A DNA stretch of 64,000 nucleotides. Source: Hyphomicrobiales bacterium (GTDB taxonomy: Bacteria > Pseudomonadota > Alphaproteobacteria > Rhizobiales > NORP267). The notes under the pieces were generated by a model. It worked only from the letters and a program-made list of their open reading frames with translations. It did not search any database and was not told where the DNA came from. Where the stretch lies: assembly GCA_030688605.1 (NCBI GenBank), contig JAUYJB010000122.1, positions 44,171 through 108,170 on the forward strand, given 5' to 3'. Both the position numbers and the translations under genes were made by a program. Each line of letters starts with the position of its first letter. Within the stretch, counting starts at the first letter, position 1. This document shows positions 53,306 through 62,661 of the stretch, piece by piece.

Positions 53306-53946
53306 GTCTGCGACGCTGGCTGCTCCTTGGCGTTCTCTATGTTTGCCTGATCGTCGGAGGCTTGCTGGCGGGGCAATGGCTTGCCGACACGGCGGGGCTC
53401 GACGTCCGCCCCTCCAGCGAGCCGGATATTCATGCGATGGTGATGCTGACCACCGTCGTATACGTAGTAGCAGCGGCGATTCCCTTCGTCCCCGGCGCCG
53501 AGATCGGCTTCACCTTGATCGTCGTGCTCGGGGCGCCAATCATTCCCGTGGTCTACATCGCCATGGTCGTCGCGCTGCACATCGCATTCGTCGTCGGAAG
53601 ATTCGTGCCGGCGCGCGCCATCGCCGCCGTTTTCCAATTTTTCGGGTTGCGTAAGGGGCGCGACCTGGTGCTGCAGATGGCGCCGCTTGGCGCGCGCGAG
53701 CGGCTCGCTCTGCTGACGGCCAGGGCGCCGACCCGGATCATTCCCTTCCTTCTCCGCCATCGCCATGTGGCGCTTGCCGTGGCGTTGAACATTCCCGGAA
53801 ACACGCTTGCCGGAGGCGGCGGCGGGATCGCGATGGCCGCCGGCATGAGCGGTCTTTATTCTATTCCGGCCTTTGCGATAACGGTCGCGCTTGCGGTGGC
53901 GCCGATTCCGCTCCTGGTTCTGATCGCCGATCGTCTGTGGGGTTGA
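53302..53946 (+). CDS. Polytopic membrane protein, possibly VTT/DedA-like
   Basis: ORF 52921..53946 (reads through the tRNA) trimmed to the ATG at 53302: MSLRRWLLLGVLYVCLIVGGLLAG... The IPFVPGAEIG block resembles the VTT-domain re-entrant loop. Family assignment is tentative. Confidence 0.55.
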   Translation: MSLRRWLLLGVLYVCLIVGGLLAGQWLADTAGLDVRPSSEPDIHAMVMLTTVVYVVAAAIPFVPGAEIGFTLIVVLGAPIIPVVYIAMVVALHIAFVVGRFVPARAIAAVFQFFGLRKGRDLVLQMAPLGARERLALLTARAPTRIIPFLLRHRHVALAVALNIPGNTLAGGGGGIAMAAGMSGLYSIPAFAITVALAVAPIPLLVLIADRLWG

Positions 53947-53989
53947 GGCGCCCGAACCTGTGGTGACGGCGAGGGCCGTCGATCTTGCT

Positions 53990-54295
53990 CTACTCTTCCG
54001 GCTCGGTCGTGAACAGCAGCGGATAGCCCGCGCGCCGACCGGCTTCGGTTCCCTGGGTTGCCTTCGTTTCGGCGATGTCCCTCGTATAGACGGCGACAAC
54101 GCACACGCCGCGTTTATGGGCGGTGATCATGACCCGATAGGCCTGTTCCTCGCTCATGCCGAAAACCGCCTTCAGGACCGCGACGACGAATTCCCGGGGC
54201 GTATAGTCGTCATTGACGAGAATGACTTTGTGAAGTCGCGGCCGTTTCGTTTTCGGCTTAGGCTTGGTGCGTGGCCTGGTGGCGATATCGCGCAT
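53990..54295 (-). CDS. clpS: ATP-dependent Clp protease adaptor ClpS (orphan copy, no adjacent clpA)
   Basis: ORF 53990..54346 (GTG). The ATG at 54295 gives MRDIATRPRTKPKPKTKRPRLHKVILVNDDYTPREFVVAVLKAVFGMSEEQAYRVMITAHKRGVCVVAVYTRDIAETK, the canonical ClpS core. Confidence 0.9.
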   Translation of the reverse strand: MRDIATRPRTKPKPKTKRPRLHKVILVNDDYTPREFVVAVLKAVFGMSEEQAYRVMITAHKRGVCVVAVYTRDIAETKATQGTEAGRRAGYPLLFTTEPEE

Positions 54296-54418
54296 CGGAG
54301 GACCTTCTGCCGATGAAGGCGCAACGACGGAAGCACGGTTCGCCACCGTCGTACATCCGGCGCCGTGCGTGTAATAGGCGTCTTCGCCGGGCCACGGACA
54401 CCCGGCGAAGGGGATTGC

Positions 54419-55678
54419 CTATTGCGTCGCCGCCGGGCGCTTCAGCGTCACCCGCATGATGCGGTTTGTGCTGCTCTGGTGGATCAGGAGGTTGCCGTCC
54501 CGTGTCGGCCGCATGTGCCTGATGATGCCGGCATAGACGCCGCCGGACGGGATCGGCCAGCTCTGGAACGTCTCGGTGGCGGGGTCGAAGCGGACCAGCG
54601 CATCCGGCCTCATGCCCGATTCGTTGTACCAGACGATGCCGTCGACGACCGCGATGGCGTAGGGATGGGACTTCGGCCCGCTCGGCGACGGCCATTCCTT
54701 GATCTCGCCGGTGCTGGGGTCGAACCGGCCGAGGCGCCCTTGCGAGGAATTGACGTACCAGATCATGCCATCCGCGGCGATGTCGAGACGGCGGACGGTG
54801 GTCTCCGGTATCGGCAGCTTGATCTCCGTCAGCTCCATCGTCGCCGGGTCGACCTTAACCAGGCAGTTCGAGCCGTTGCAGGCGACCCACGGCACCCCGT
54901 CGGCATCGATCTTGATGCCATAGGGCTTCGATCCCGGCGTCGGCATGGTCACGAGCTTGATGTCGCCGGTCTCCGGGTTCAGCCGGCCCAGCATATTGCT
55001 CTGCTGCAGGGTGAACCAAAGGATCCCCTCCTTATCGAAGATCGGCGTGTGCGGGTCGCGCGCGGCCGGGTCCGGCATCTTGTACACGCTGATTTTGCCG
55101 CTCATCGGGTCAAACTTGCCGACGGTGCCGTTCTTGTTCCCCGTAAACCAAACGTTGCCTGCGCGATCGAGGGTCACGCTGTGCGGCATCGAATTCGCCG
55201 GCAGCGGGTATTCGGTCATCGCCCCGGTCGCGGGATCGATCCTCCCGATCAGATTGCCCCATTGCCCGGCCCACCAGACGGACCCGTCGGCGGCCTCGAT
55301 CGGATCGCGCGAGCGCTGGCCGAGCGTCGGCACCACCCATTCGGTGAACGCGATCTCGGCGCTGCCAGACATCAGCTTCGGCGCTCGTCTGGCATTCGGG
55401 GGAAAATTCGCCGCCAGGTATTGCGTGATCCGGTCCCGTTCCTCGGGGCTCCCGGACAGGTCGATCATCGTGCTGGTCAGCTCCTTCCAGCCCTCGCGGC
55501 TGTAGCCGGAGCTGCGCGTTATCTGATTGGTCCGATGGCACGCCGTGCAGACGTTCCCGACCAGCTCCTTGCCGGCGCCTTCGGGCAGGCCGGATGCCTG
55601 GTTCTGGGCCTGCGCGGCGAGCGGGACGAGCAGGCATGAAAATGCGCCCGCCAACGATGCAAGCGACAGTCTAAGCAT
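54419..55678 (-). CDS. Secreted mono-haem cytochrome c domain fused to a Vgb/streptogramin-lyase-like beta-propeller
   Basis: ORF 54419..55813 trimmed to the ATG at 55678 (signal peptide MLRLSLASLAGAFSCLLVPLAAQA). CTACH haem site at the N-terminus. About 7 repeats of the G-x-(I/V)-W-(F/W/Y)-x...G-x-(I/L)-G-(R/K)-(F/I/L)-(D/N)-P-x-T/S-G type follow. Confidence 0.7.
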   Translation of the reverse strand: MLRLSLASLAGAFSCLLVPLAAQAQNQASGLPEGAGKELVGNVCTACHRTNQITRSSGYSREGWKELTSTMIDLSGSPEERDRITQYLAANFPPNARRAPKLMSGSAEIAFTEWVVPTLGQRSRDPIEAADGSVWWAGQWGNLIGRIDPATGAMTEYPLPANSMPHSVTLDRAGNVWFTGNKNGTVGKFDPMSGKISVYKMPDPAARDPHTPIFDKEGILWFTLQQSNMLGRLNPETGDIKLVTMPTPGSKPYGIKIDADGVPWVACNGSNCLVKVDPATMELTEIKLPIPETTVRRLDIAADGMIWYVNSSQGRLGRFDPSTGEIKEWPSPSGPKSHPYAIAVVDGIVWYNESGMRPDALVRFDPATETFQSWPIPSGGVYAGIIRHMRPTRDGNLLIHQSSTNRIMRVTLKRPAATQ

Positions 55679-55851
55679 GGCCGAACTCCCACCGTGTTTG
55701 AGCCTTTCCAACTTAGAATCGTTCTTCCCGGCGATGGCGAAAGTCAAGCGAAAGCCATGGTGATCGCCGGATCGTGACCGGGCCGGGGCGGCGCCGGTCT
55801 GAAAAGTGCACATTTGTTACACGCAGGGATTTATGTAACACTCATTCCGAC

Positions 55852-56775
55852 ATGGCGGACTCTCTTGCAGGCCTGAAGGCGATCATGCCGGATTTGACGG
55901 GCGCGCAGCGGCGCGCCGCGAAAATCATCTTGCAACGGCCCGAGGACATTGCCTGGAGATCGATGCGCCAGCTGGCAAGCGCGGCTGGCGTGTCGCCGCC
56001 GACCATGCTTCGGCTAGCCGAACGGCTGGGACACGACAATTGGGAGGCGTTCCGCAATGTCTGCCGCCGCGACGGGATGGATTTCAGCTTCGTGAGCCGG
56101 GCGCGCGCCTTTCACAGCAAGATGGACGACGTTGCTCAGCCGCCGAGCACACAGACTCTGGCGGCCGCCTATCAGGGCTTGGACGCGCTGGCCGAGACGT
56201 TCGACCAGGAGATGCTCGAGCGGGCGGCCGAGGAGGTGGTCGAGGCGGAACCGCTGGTAATCTTCGGTATGCGCTCCAGCCGCGCCGTCGCGCGGGTCTT
56301 GCACACGGCAATCCAGCTTTTCCGCTCCCGAGTCGTGCTCGCCGATATCGCGGGTGAAATTTTTGTCGACAGCCTGGCCGAGTTGAACCGGGGGAGTGCC
56401 GCGATCTGCATCGGTTCGCGCCCCTACGGCACCGGCACCGTGCAGGCACTGGACTTCGCCAAGGCGGCGGGCGCGACCACCGTTTGCCTGACGGATGATC
56501 ATGGCTCGCCATTGGCGAAGCGCGCCGACATCGCGCTGGTGGCGCCGACCGGCGGGGTCTCGGTGCTGCCGTCGATCGTCCCGATGACGGTGCTCGCCGA
56601 GATGCTTGCGAATACCGCCCTCAGGCTTGCCGGCGAGGAAGGACTTAAGATGGTCGAGGAGCGCGAGCGGGTACTGTTCGCCAATAACGCTTACTGGAGC
56701 ACCAGTAAGGGGCTGCATGAATTGCCGAGGCAGCCCGCGAGTCTTGCCGGAGAAACCGGCGGTAGAAAGGGATGA
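55852..56775 (+). CDS. MurR/RpiR-family transcriptional regulator (HTH_6 + SIS domain)
   Basis: ORF 55774..56775 trimmed to the ATG at 55852. LTGAQRRAAKIILQRPEDIAWRSMRQLASAAGVSPPTMLRLAERLG, then a SIS domain (VIFGMRSSRAVA...). Confidence 0.8.
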   Translation: MADSLAGLKAIMPDLTGAQRRAAKIILQRPEDIAWRSMRQLASAAGVSPPTMLRLAERLGHDNWEAFRNVCRRDGMDFSFVSRARAFHSKMDDVAQPPSTQTLAAAYQGLDALAETFDQEMLERAAEEVVEAEPLVIFGMRSSRAVARVLHTAIQLFRSRVVLADIAGEIFVDSLAELNRGSAAICIGSRPYGTGTVQALDFAKAAGATTVCLTDDHGSPLAKRADIALVAPTGGVSVLPSIVPMTVLAEMLANTALRLAGEEGLKMVEERERVLFANNAYWSTSKGLHELPRQPASLAGETGGRKG

Positions 56776-56800
56776 CGTTCCCAACGCAAGGAGGAAGCAC

Positions 56801-57802
56801 ATGAAACATACTTTGAGAAACCTGGCCTTTTCGGCGGCCATTGCCACATTGACGGCGCTCCCGGCCATGTCGACGGGGGCGGCCGCACAAGCCAAGTTCC
56901 TGGCGATCGGCACGGGCGGCCCGACCGGCGTCTATTTTGTCACCGGCAACGCCATCTGCCGCATGGTGCATAAGGAAGCTGGCGAAGGCAGCGAGGGCGG
57001 ACGCAAGCACGGCCTGCGCTGTTCGGCCCCGTCCACGGCAGGGTCCACCTACAATATCGGTCAGATTCAAGCTGGCGAGCTTGAATTCGGCGTCGCCCAG
57101 TCCGACTGGCAATTTCATGCCTATAACGGCTCATCGAGTTATGAGGGCAAGCCGTTCAAGGGTCTGCGCGCGGTCTTTTCCGTCCATCCGGAGCCGTTCC
57201 AGATTCTGGTCGCCAAGGATTCCGGCATCAACAGCTGGGATGACCTGAAGGGCAAGAGGGTCAATATCGGCAATCCCGGCTCCGGGCAGCGCGGTACCAT
57301 GGAAGTGCTGCTGCAGATCCATGGCCTGACCACCGCCGACTTTGCCGCCGCCACCGAATTGACCTCGTCCGAACAGTCGAAGGCGCTGTGCGACGGCAAT
57401 ATCGACGCCTACGGCTACACGGTCGGCGTGCCGAATGCCGGCGTCGCGCAGGCCGCCGACGGTTGCGGCGCGCGGATCATCAATCTGAAGACGCCGCAGA
57501 TCGACAAGCTCGTGGCGGACAATCCGTTTTACGCCTATGCCACCATCCCCGCCGGCACCTATTCGACGGTGACCGAGGATGTGACCACATTTGGGGTCAA
57601 GGCCACGTTCGTGACGAGCGAATCTGTTCCCGAAGACGTTGTCTACGGGGTCGTCCGCGCCGTGTTCGAGAATTTGGATGACTTCAAGAGCCTGCATCCG
57701 GCTTTCGCCAACCTGACTCCGGAGCAGATGATCACCGAGGGTCTGTCCGCGCCGCTGCACCCTGGCGCGGTGAAGTACTACAAGGAAAAGGGCTGGATGT
57801 AA
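56801..57802 (+). CDS. TAXI-family TRAP transporter solute-binding protein
   Basis: ORF 56606..57802 trimmed to the ATG at 56801 (RBS AAGGAGGAAG). The signal peptide is followed by FLAIGTGGPTGVYFVTGNAICRMV, and the C-terminus reads PLHPGAVKYYKEKGW, typical of TAXI proteins. Confidence 0.85.
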   Translation: MKHTLRNLAFSAAIATLTALPAMSTGAAAQAKFLAIGTGGPTGVYFVTGNAICRMVHKEAGEGSEGGRKHGLRCSAPSTAGSTYNIGQIQAGELEFGVAQSDWQFHAYNGSSSYEGKPFKGLRAVFSVHPEPFQILVAKDSGINSWDDLKGKRVNIGNPGSGQRGTMEVLLQIHGLTTADFAAATELTSSEQSKALCDGNIDAYGYTVGVPNAGVAQAADGCGARIINLKTPQIDKLVADNPFYAYATIPAGTYSTVTEDVTTFGVKATFVTSESVPEDVVYGVVRAVFENLDDFKSLHPAFANLTPEQMITEGLSAPLHPGAVKYYKEKGWM

Positions 57803-57869
57803 GCCGCCCGGCGGGCGCGCTTCGGGCGCGCCCGCCATCCTTCACGGGCGAGGTCAGGACGCAGGTATT

Positions 57870-60236
57870 GTGGCGATGCCCGAGCCCAGCCTCAGTGATT
57901 TCGAGCCGGAGATTTCCAGTCACGTAGCGTTTCACGTTGCGCTGGTCGCGGGAGCGTGGTCGCTGTTCCAGATCTGGATCGCATCGCCGCTGCCCTTCAT
58001 CCTGGAATTCGGGATCGTCCATGGCGTTCGGGCGAGGGCGATCCACCTCGGCTTCGCCTTTGCGATGGCTTTCTTCCTGTACCGGGCGACGAAAACGAGG
58101 CGTGGCGCGAAAGCAGGCTGGCCGGACTATGTTCTGCTCGCCTGCGGCGTCTTGCCCTGCCTGTACATTTTGGTCTTTTACGAAGGCATCGTCGAACGCG
58201 TAGGCGTGCTTCTGAACGTCACCGTCGGCGGCGTAGTGGTGCCGGTGGAGATGATCGTCGGCGGCATCGGCATGCTCGCGCTGCTGGAGGCGGCGCGCCG
58301 CGCGGTGGGGTTGCCGCTGGTCGTTATTTCCGTGCTGTTCCTCATATATTCCGTGTTCGGGCAAAGCATGCCGGAGCTGATTTCCCACCGCGGCATGTCG
58401 CTCGAGCGCCTCATCGGCTATCACTGGCTGGGAGGCGAGGCGATCTTCGGGTTGCCGCTCGATGTGGTCACCAGCTTCGTGTTCATGTTCGTGCTGTTCG
58501 GCGCTCTGCTCGACACCGCCGGCGCGGGAAGATATTTTCTCGATTTTGCCTTTGCCCTGGTGGGCAGATTTCGCGGCGGTCCGGCCAAGGCCGCGATCCT
58601 CGCCAGCGGCCTGACCGGGATGATCTCCGGGTCGTCGATCGCGAATGTCGTGACGACCGGGACCTTCACGATCCCGGTGATGCGCAAGGTCGGCCTGCCG
58701 GCGGTCAAGGCGGGCGCCATCGAAGTGGCGGCGTCGGTGAACGGCCAGCTCATGCCGCCGATCATGGGCGCGGCGGCCTTCATCATGGCCGAGCTCATCG
58801 GCATTTCCTATTTCGACGTCGTCTATCATGCGTTTTTGCCGGCGGTGATCACCTACCTCGCGCTGTTCTGGATCTCCCATCTGGAGGCGCTGAAGCTCGA
58901 TCTGAGACCCATGGTCGCCGAAGACATCCCGCGGTTGCGCCAGACATTCCTGCGCGGCGTTCATTTTTTCATTCCCATCGTCGTGCTGGTCTGGCTTCTC
59001 ATGGTGGAGCGGATGTCGGCGTCGGCCGCCGTGTTCTGGGCGACCGCCTCGCTGATGCTGATCATCGTCTTCCAGAACCTCAAGCGGGCCGTCGTCGGCG
59101 AGGCAACGGTGGCTGGCGCGCTGCATAGGACCGGCGCCGAACTCTGGCAGGGCCTGGTCGGCGGCGGGCGCAACATGGCGGCGGTCTCGGTGGCCGTCGC
59201 ATGCGCGGGGATCATCGTCGGAGCGGTCGGGTCGACCGGCCTCAACAACGCCCTGATCGGAATCGTCGAGGCGATTTCCGGCGGCAATGTATACATGCTC
59301 CTGGGCCTTACCGCGGTGCTGTGCCTGCTGTTGGGCATGGGCCTGCCGACGACGGCCAACTATCTGGTCGTCGCTTCGCTGATGGCGCCGGTTCTGGTTG
59401 AGCTGGGGCAGGCGGCCGGACTGGTCCTGCCGCTGATCGTCGTCCATCTTTACGTCTTCTATTTCGGGCTCATGGCCGATGTGACGCCGCCGGTGGGGCT
59501 GGCGGCATATGCGGCCGCGGCAATTTCCCGCGCCGATCCCATTCGGACCGGCGTGCAGGCTTTCGTCTACGAAATCCGCACCGCCATTCTCCCGGTCGTG
59601 TTCGTGTTCAATAACCAGTTGTTGCTGATCGGCGTGGAGAGTTGGGCCCAGGGCATCTTCGTTTTCGCGACGTCGCTCTTGGCGATCATGTGTTTTGCCT
59701 CCGCCACCCAGGGCTTCCTGTTCCGGCGGCTGCATTTCGTCGAAATCGTCGCCTTGCTCGCACTGTGTCTGGCGCTGTTCCGGCCGGGCGCGCTGTTGGC
59801 GCTCGTTTATCCCGAGTGGCGGGCGGTGCCGATTGCCGAGGTCGACCGGACGCTCGCCGCGGCAACCGCGCCGGGTTCGATGCGGATCGCCGTCACGAGG
59901 TCGACCAACTATGGGGAACGCTACCGGCTGATGATCTTCACGCCAGAGGAGATTGAAGGGGCATCGTCCCTCACGTCGCTGGGCTTGACTCTGTCCATCG
60001 ACGAGGCCGGATTTGGCGGCGAGGTCAGCGACGTCGGGTTCTTGTCGGTGGCGGAACAAAAGGGATTTCAACTCTCCGACCGGGTGACCGTGATCGAATT
60101 CGAGGTCCGCGACCGGCCATCGAAATATGTAGTCTCCGTGATAGCGCTGTTGCTGCTGGGCGGGTTGGTTGTCTTCAATATGCGAACTCGGACCGTCCGC
60201 CGGAGGCTCCCGGATCGAAAGGCAGGTGCCCCTTGA
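57870..60236 (+). CDS. TRAP transporter fused (DctQ-DctM-like) permease, TAXI type
   Basis: 788-aa polytopic ORF. Conserved GPAKAAILASGLTGMISGSSIANVVTTGTFTIPVM block. Confidence 0.88.
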   Translation: MAMPEPSLSDFEPEISSHVAFHVALVAGAWSLFQIWIASPLPFILEFGIVHGVRARAIHLGFAFAMAFFLYRATKTRRGAKAGWPDYVLLACGVLPCLYILVFYEGIVERVGVLLNVTVGGVVVPVEMIVGGIGMLALLEAARRAVGLPLVVISVLFLIYSVFGQSMPELISHRGMSLERLIGYHWLGGEAIFGLPLDVVTSFVFMFVLFGALLDTAGAGRYFLDFAFALVGRFRGGPAKAAILASGLTGMISGSSIANVVTTGTFTIPVMRKVGLPAVKAGAIEVAASVNGQLMPPIMGAAAFIMAELIGISYFDVVYHAFLPAVITYLALFWISHLEALKLDLRPMVAEDIPRLRQTFLRGVHFFIPIVVLVWLLMVERMSASAAVFWATASLMLIIVFQNLKRAVVGEATVAGALHRTGAELWQGLVGGGRNMAAVSVAVACAGIIVGAVGSTGLNNALIGIVEAISGGNVYMLLGLTAVLCLLLGMGLPTTANYLVVASLMAPVLVELGQAAGLVLPLIVVHLYVFYFGLMADVTPPVGLAAYAAAAISRADPIRTGVQAFVYEIRTAILPVVFVFNNQLLLIGVESWAQGIFVFATSLLAIMCFASATQGFLFRRLHFVEIVALLALCLALFRPGALLALVYPEWRAVPIAEVDRTLAAATAPGSMRIAVTRSTNYGERYRLMIFTPEEIEGASSLTSLGLTLSIDEAGFGGEVSDVGFLSVAEQKGFQLSDRVTVIEFEVRDRPSKYVVSVIALLLLGGLVVFNMRTRTVRRRLPDRKAGAP

Positions 60237-61579
60237 CCCATGTCTTCCAACGACACACGAAGGCCAGCCCGCCGGTGGTTGTCGGCGGAAAGGGCTGCTA
60301 CCTCTTCGACAGCGCCGGCAAACGCTATCTGGACGGCTCGGGCGGTGCCGCCGTCTCGTGCCTCGGTCATGGCGACAAAGAGGTGACCGAGGCCATCAAG
60401 GCGCAATTGGACAAGATCGCCTTCGCACATACCATGTTCTTTACGTCCGAGCCGGCCGAGGCGCTGGCCGAGCAGTTGGCCGAGCACGCGCCGGAGGGGC
60501 TCGACTGGGTTTATTTCGTCTCCGGCGGCTCGGAGGCGGCGGAGGCGGCGATCAAGCTGGCACGGCAGTATTTCGTCGAAATCGGCGAGCCCAAACGCTG
60601 CCGTATCGTCTCGCGCCGGCAGAGCTATCACGGCAATACCCTCGGCGCGCTTGCCGCCGGCGGCAACATGCGGCGGCGGGCGCCCTTCGCGCCGCTCTTG
60701 ATCGAGACCTCGCACATCGCCCCCTGCTTCGCCTACCGAGAGCAGCGCGAAGGCGAAAGCGAGGAGCAGTATGGCCTACGCGCCGCCGACGAGCTGGAAC
60801 AGGAGATCGTCCGGCTGGGCCCGGAAACGGTGATGGCCTTCATCGCCGAGCCGGTGGTCGGTGCGACTGCCGGCGCGGTGCCCGCGGTGCCGGGCTATTT
60901 CCGGCGCATCCGCGAGATCTGCGACCGCTACGGGGTGCTCCTGATTCTCGACGAAGTGATGTGCGGCATGGGCCGCACCGGCACGCTCTTCGCCTCGGAG
61001 CAGGACGGCGTCGTTCCAGATATCACCTGTATCGCCAAGGGGTTGGGGGCCGGATACCAGCCCATCGGGGCGATGCTCTGCCAAGCCGGGATTTACGATG
61101 CCATCGCCGCCGGCTCCGGCTTCTTTCAGCACGGGCATACCTACATCGGCCATTCGGCGGCCTGCGCCGGGGCGTTGGCGGTGCTCGAGGCAATTCTCGG
61201 GCGCGAATTGCCGGCCCGGGTGCGGGCCCAAGGGGCGGTGCTGATGGAGCTTCTGGAAATGCGGCTTGGCGCCCACCCCCATGTCGGCGACATCCGCGGC
61301 CGCGGCCTTTTGCGCGGCATCGAGCTGGTCGCGGAGCGCGGCGACAAGCGGCCCTTCGCGCCGGAACTGGGACTTGCCGCGAGGGTCAAGAAGGCCGCTT
61401 TTCAGGCCGGCCTCATCTGCTATCCGATGGGCGGCACCATCGATGGAAAATATGGCGATCACATCCTTCTGGCGCCGCCCTATATCATTACCGACGACGA
61501 AATCGAATCCCTGGTCGAGCTTTTGGCCGGAGCGATCGACACCGCGGTCGCCGAGGTTCGGGAAGTCAGCCGCGCATGA
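60233..61579 (+). CDS. Class III (omega) aminotransferase, PLP-dependent
   Basis: 448 aa (TTG start overlapping the permease stop). GSEAAEAAIKLARQY, LILDEVMCGMGRTG and CIAKGLGAGYQPIGA (PLP lysine) blocks. Confidence 0.9.
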   Translation: MTHVFQRHTKASPPVVVGGKGCYLFDSAGKRYLDGSGGAAVSCLGHGDKEVTEAIKAQLDKIAFAHTMFFTSEPAEALAEQLAEHAPEGLDWVYFVSGGSEAAEAAIKLARQYFVEIGEPKRCRIVSRRQSYHGNTLGALAAGGNMRRRAPFAPLLIETSHIAPCFAYREQREGESEEQYGLRAADELEQEIVRLGPETVMAFIAEPVVGATAGAVPAVPGYFRRIREICDRYGVLLILDEVMCGMGRTGTLFASEQDGVVPDITCIAKGLGAGYQPIGAMLCQAGIYDAIAAGSGFFQHGHTYIGHSAACAGALAVLEAILGRELPARVRAQGAVLMELLEMRLGAHPHVGDIRGRGLLRGIELVAERGDKRPFAPELGLAARVKKAAFQAGLICYPMGGTIDGKYGDHILLAPPYIITDDEIESLVELLAGAIDTAVAEVREVSRA

Positions 61580-62403
61580 ACGCACCGCTCATTATCACGG
61601 CGGCACCCAACGGAGCACGGCTGAACAAGCAGGATCACCCCAATCTGCCGGTCACGGTAGCGGAAACGGCGGCGGAAGCCGCCCGCTGCCAGGCGGCGGG
61701 CGCGGCGGTGCTGCACGCTCATGTCCGGGACGCGGACGGCGCCCATGTGCTGGATCCGGGGCTCTATCGCGAGCTGATCGAAGCGGTGCGTGACGTCTGT
61801 GGCGACATGCTGGTGCAGATCACGAGCGAGGCCGTCGGCCGCTACAGCCCGGCGGAGCAAGCCGCCGCCATCATTGCCGGCCGCCCCGAGGCGGCAAGCG
61901 TGGCGCTCAGGGAAATGTGGCCGGGCGAGGGGCGCGAAGAGGAAAAGCAGGCGCGCGATTTCTATACCCGCGCCAAGGCGGAAGGCATCCATATCCAGCA
62001 TATTCTGTATGACCCCCCGGACCTTGCCCGCTTCGCCGACGCCTGCAGCCGCAAGATCATTCCCGAGGACCGAGGCGACGCGCTGTTCGTGCTTGGTCGC
62101 TACACGGCATCCCAGCAGGCGGAGCCTGGGGAACTGGATGGCTTTGTCGGTGCCGATACGAGCGCCATTGCCAGCTGGACGGTATGTGCATTCGGGCGCA
62201 AAGGGTATGACTGCCTTGTCCGTGCGATCCCTCTCGGCGGCCATGTCCGGGTCGGGTTCGAGAACAATCTGCACATGCGCAATGGTTCGCTGGCGCCGGA
62301 TAGCGCCGCGCTGGTGAGGGAGATCGCGCATGCGGCGTCAGTGGCCGGCCGCAGACTTGCCAGTCCGAAAGCCGCGCGGGACATCTTGCGGGTCGGCAAT
62401 TAA
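61576..62403 (+). CDS. BKACE-family (DUF849, 3-keto-5-aminohexanoate cleavage enzyme-like) beta-keto acid cleavage enzyme
   Basis: Internal ATG (overlapping the aminotransferase stop) of ORF 60169..62403. MNAPLIITAAPNGARLNKQDHPNLPVTVAETAAEAARCQAAGAAVLHAHVRDADG...GGHVRVGFENN, 275 aa. Confidence 0.8.
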   Translation: MNAPLIITAAPNGARLNKQDHPNLPVTVAETAAEAARCQAAGAAVLHAHVRDADGAHVLDPGLYRELIEAVRDVCGDMLVQITSEAVGRYSPAEQAAAIIAGRPEAASVALREMWPGEGREEEKQARDFYTRAKAEGIHIQHILYDPPDLARFADACSRKIIPEDRGDALFVLGRYTASQQAEPGELDGFVGADTSAIASWTVCAFGRKGYDCLVRAIPLGGHVRVGFENNLHMRNGSLAPDSAALVREIAHAASVAGRRLASPKAARDILRVGN

Positions 62404-62661
62404 GGCTTTCACCGGTCGAGTGATACCCTATGACGGCTGAGCGCTCCCAAGCCCGTCCCATCCGGCCGCCGCGTTCGACCGGACACGGACGTCGCGGCAA
62501 TCGGGACCGGAACGGTCAGGACCGAAGAAAGTTTCATGTTAGGATCACAAATCCACAAGATATTAAGACTGGATCGGCATTGAACGGGTGTTGGGAAGCA
62601 TTCGACCGGATGATAGGATTGCCGTCAAAACACGGCGTCAACCAAGGGAGCCGCAAGAACA

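Noticed and set aside
57732-60071. 779-aa minus-strand ORF opposite the TRAP fused permease
   Set aside because: A shadow ORF. The + strand product is a convincing polytopic TRAP permease.
60169-62403. 744-aa ORF covering the aminotransferase and BKACE genes
   Set aside because: The BKACE frame happens to stay open upstream. The real gene starts at 61576, and the region 60233..61579 is coded in another frame by the aminotransferase.
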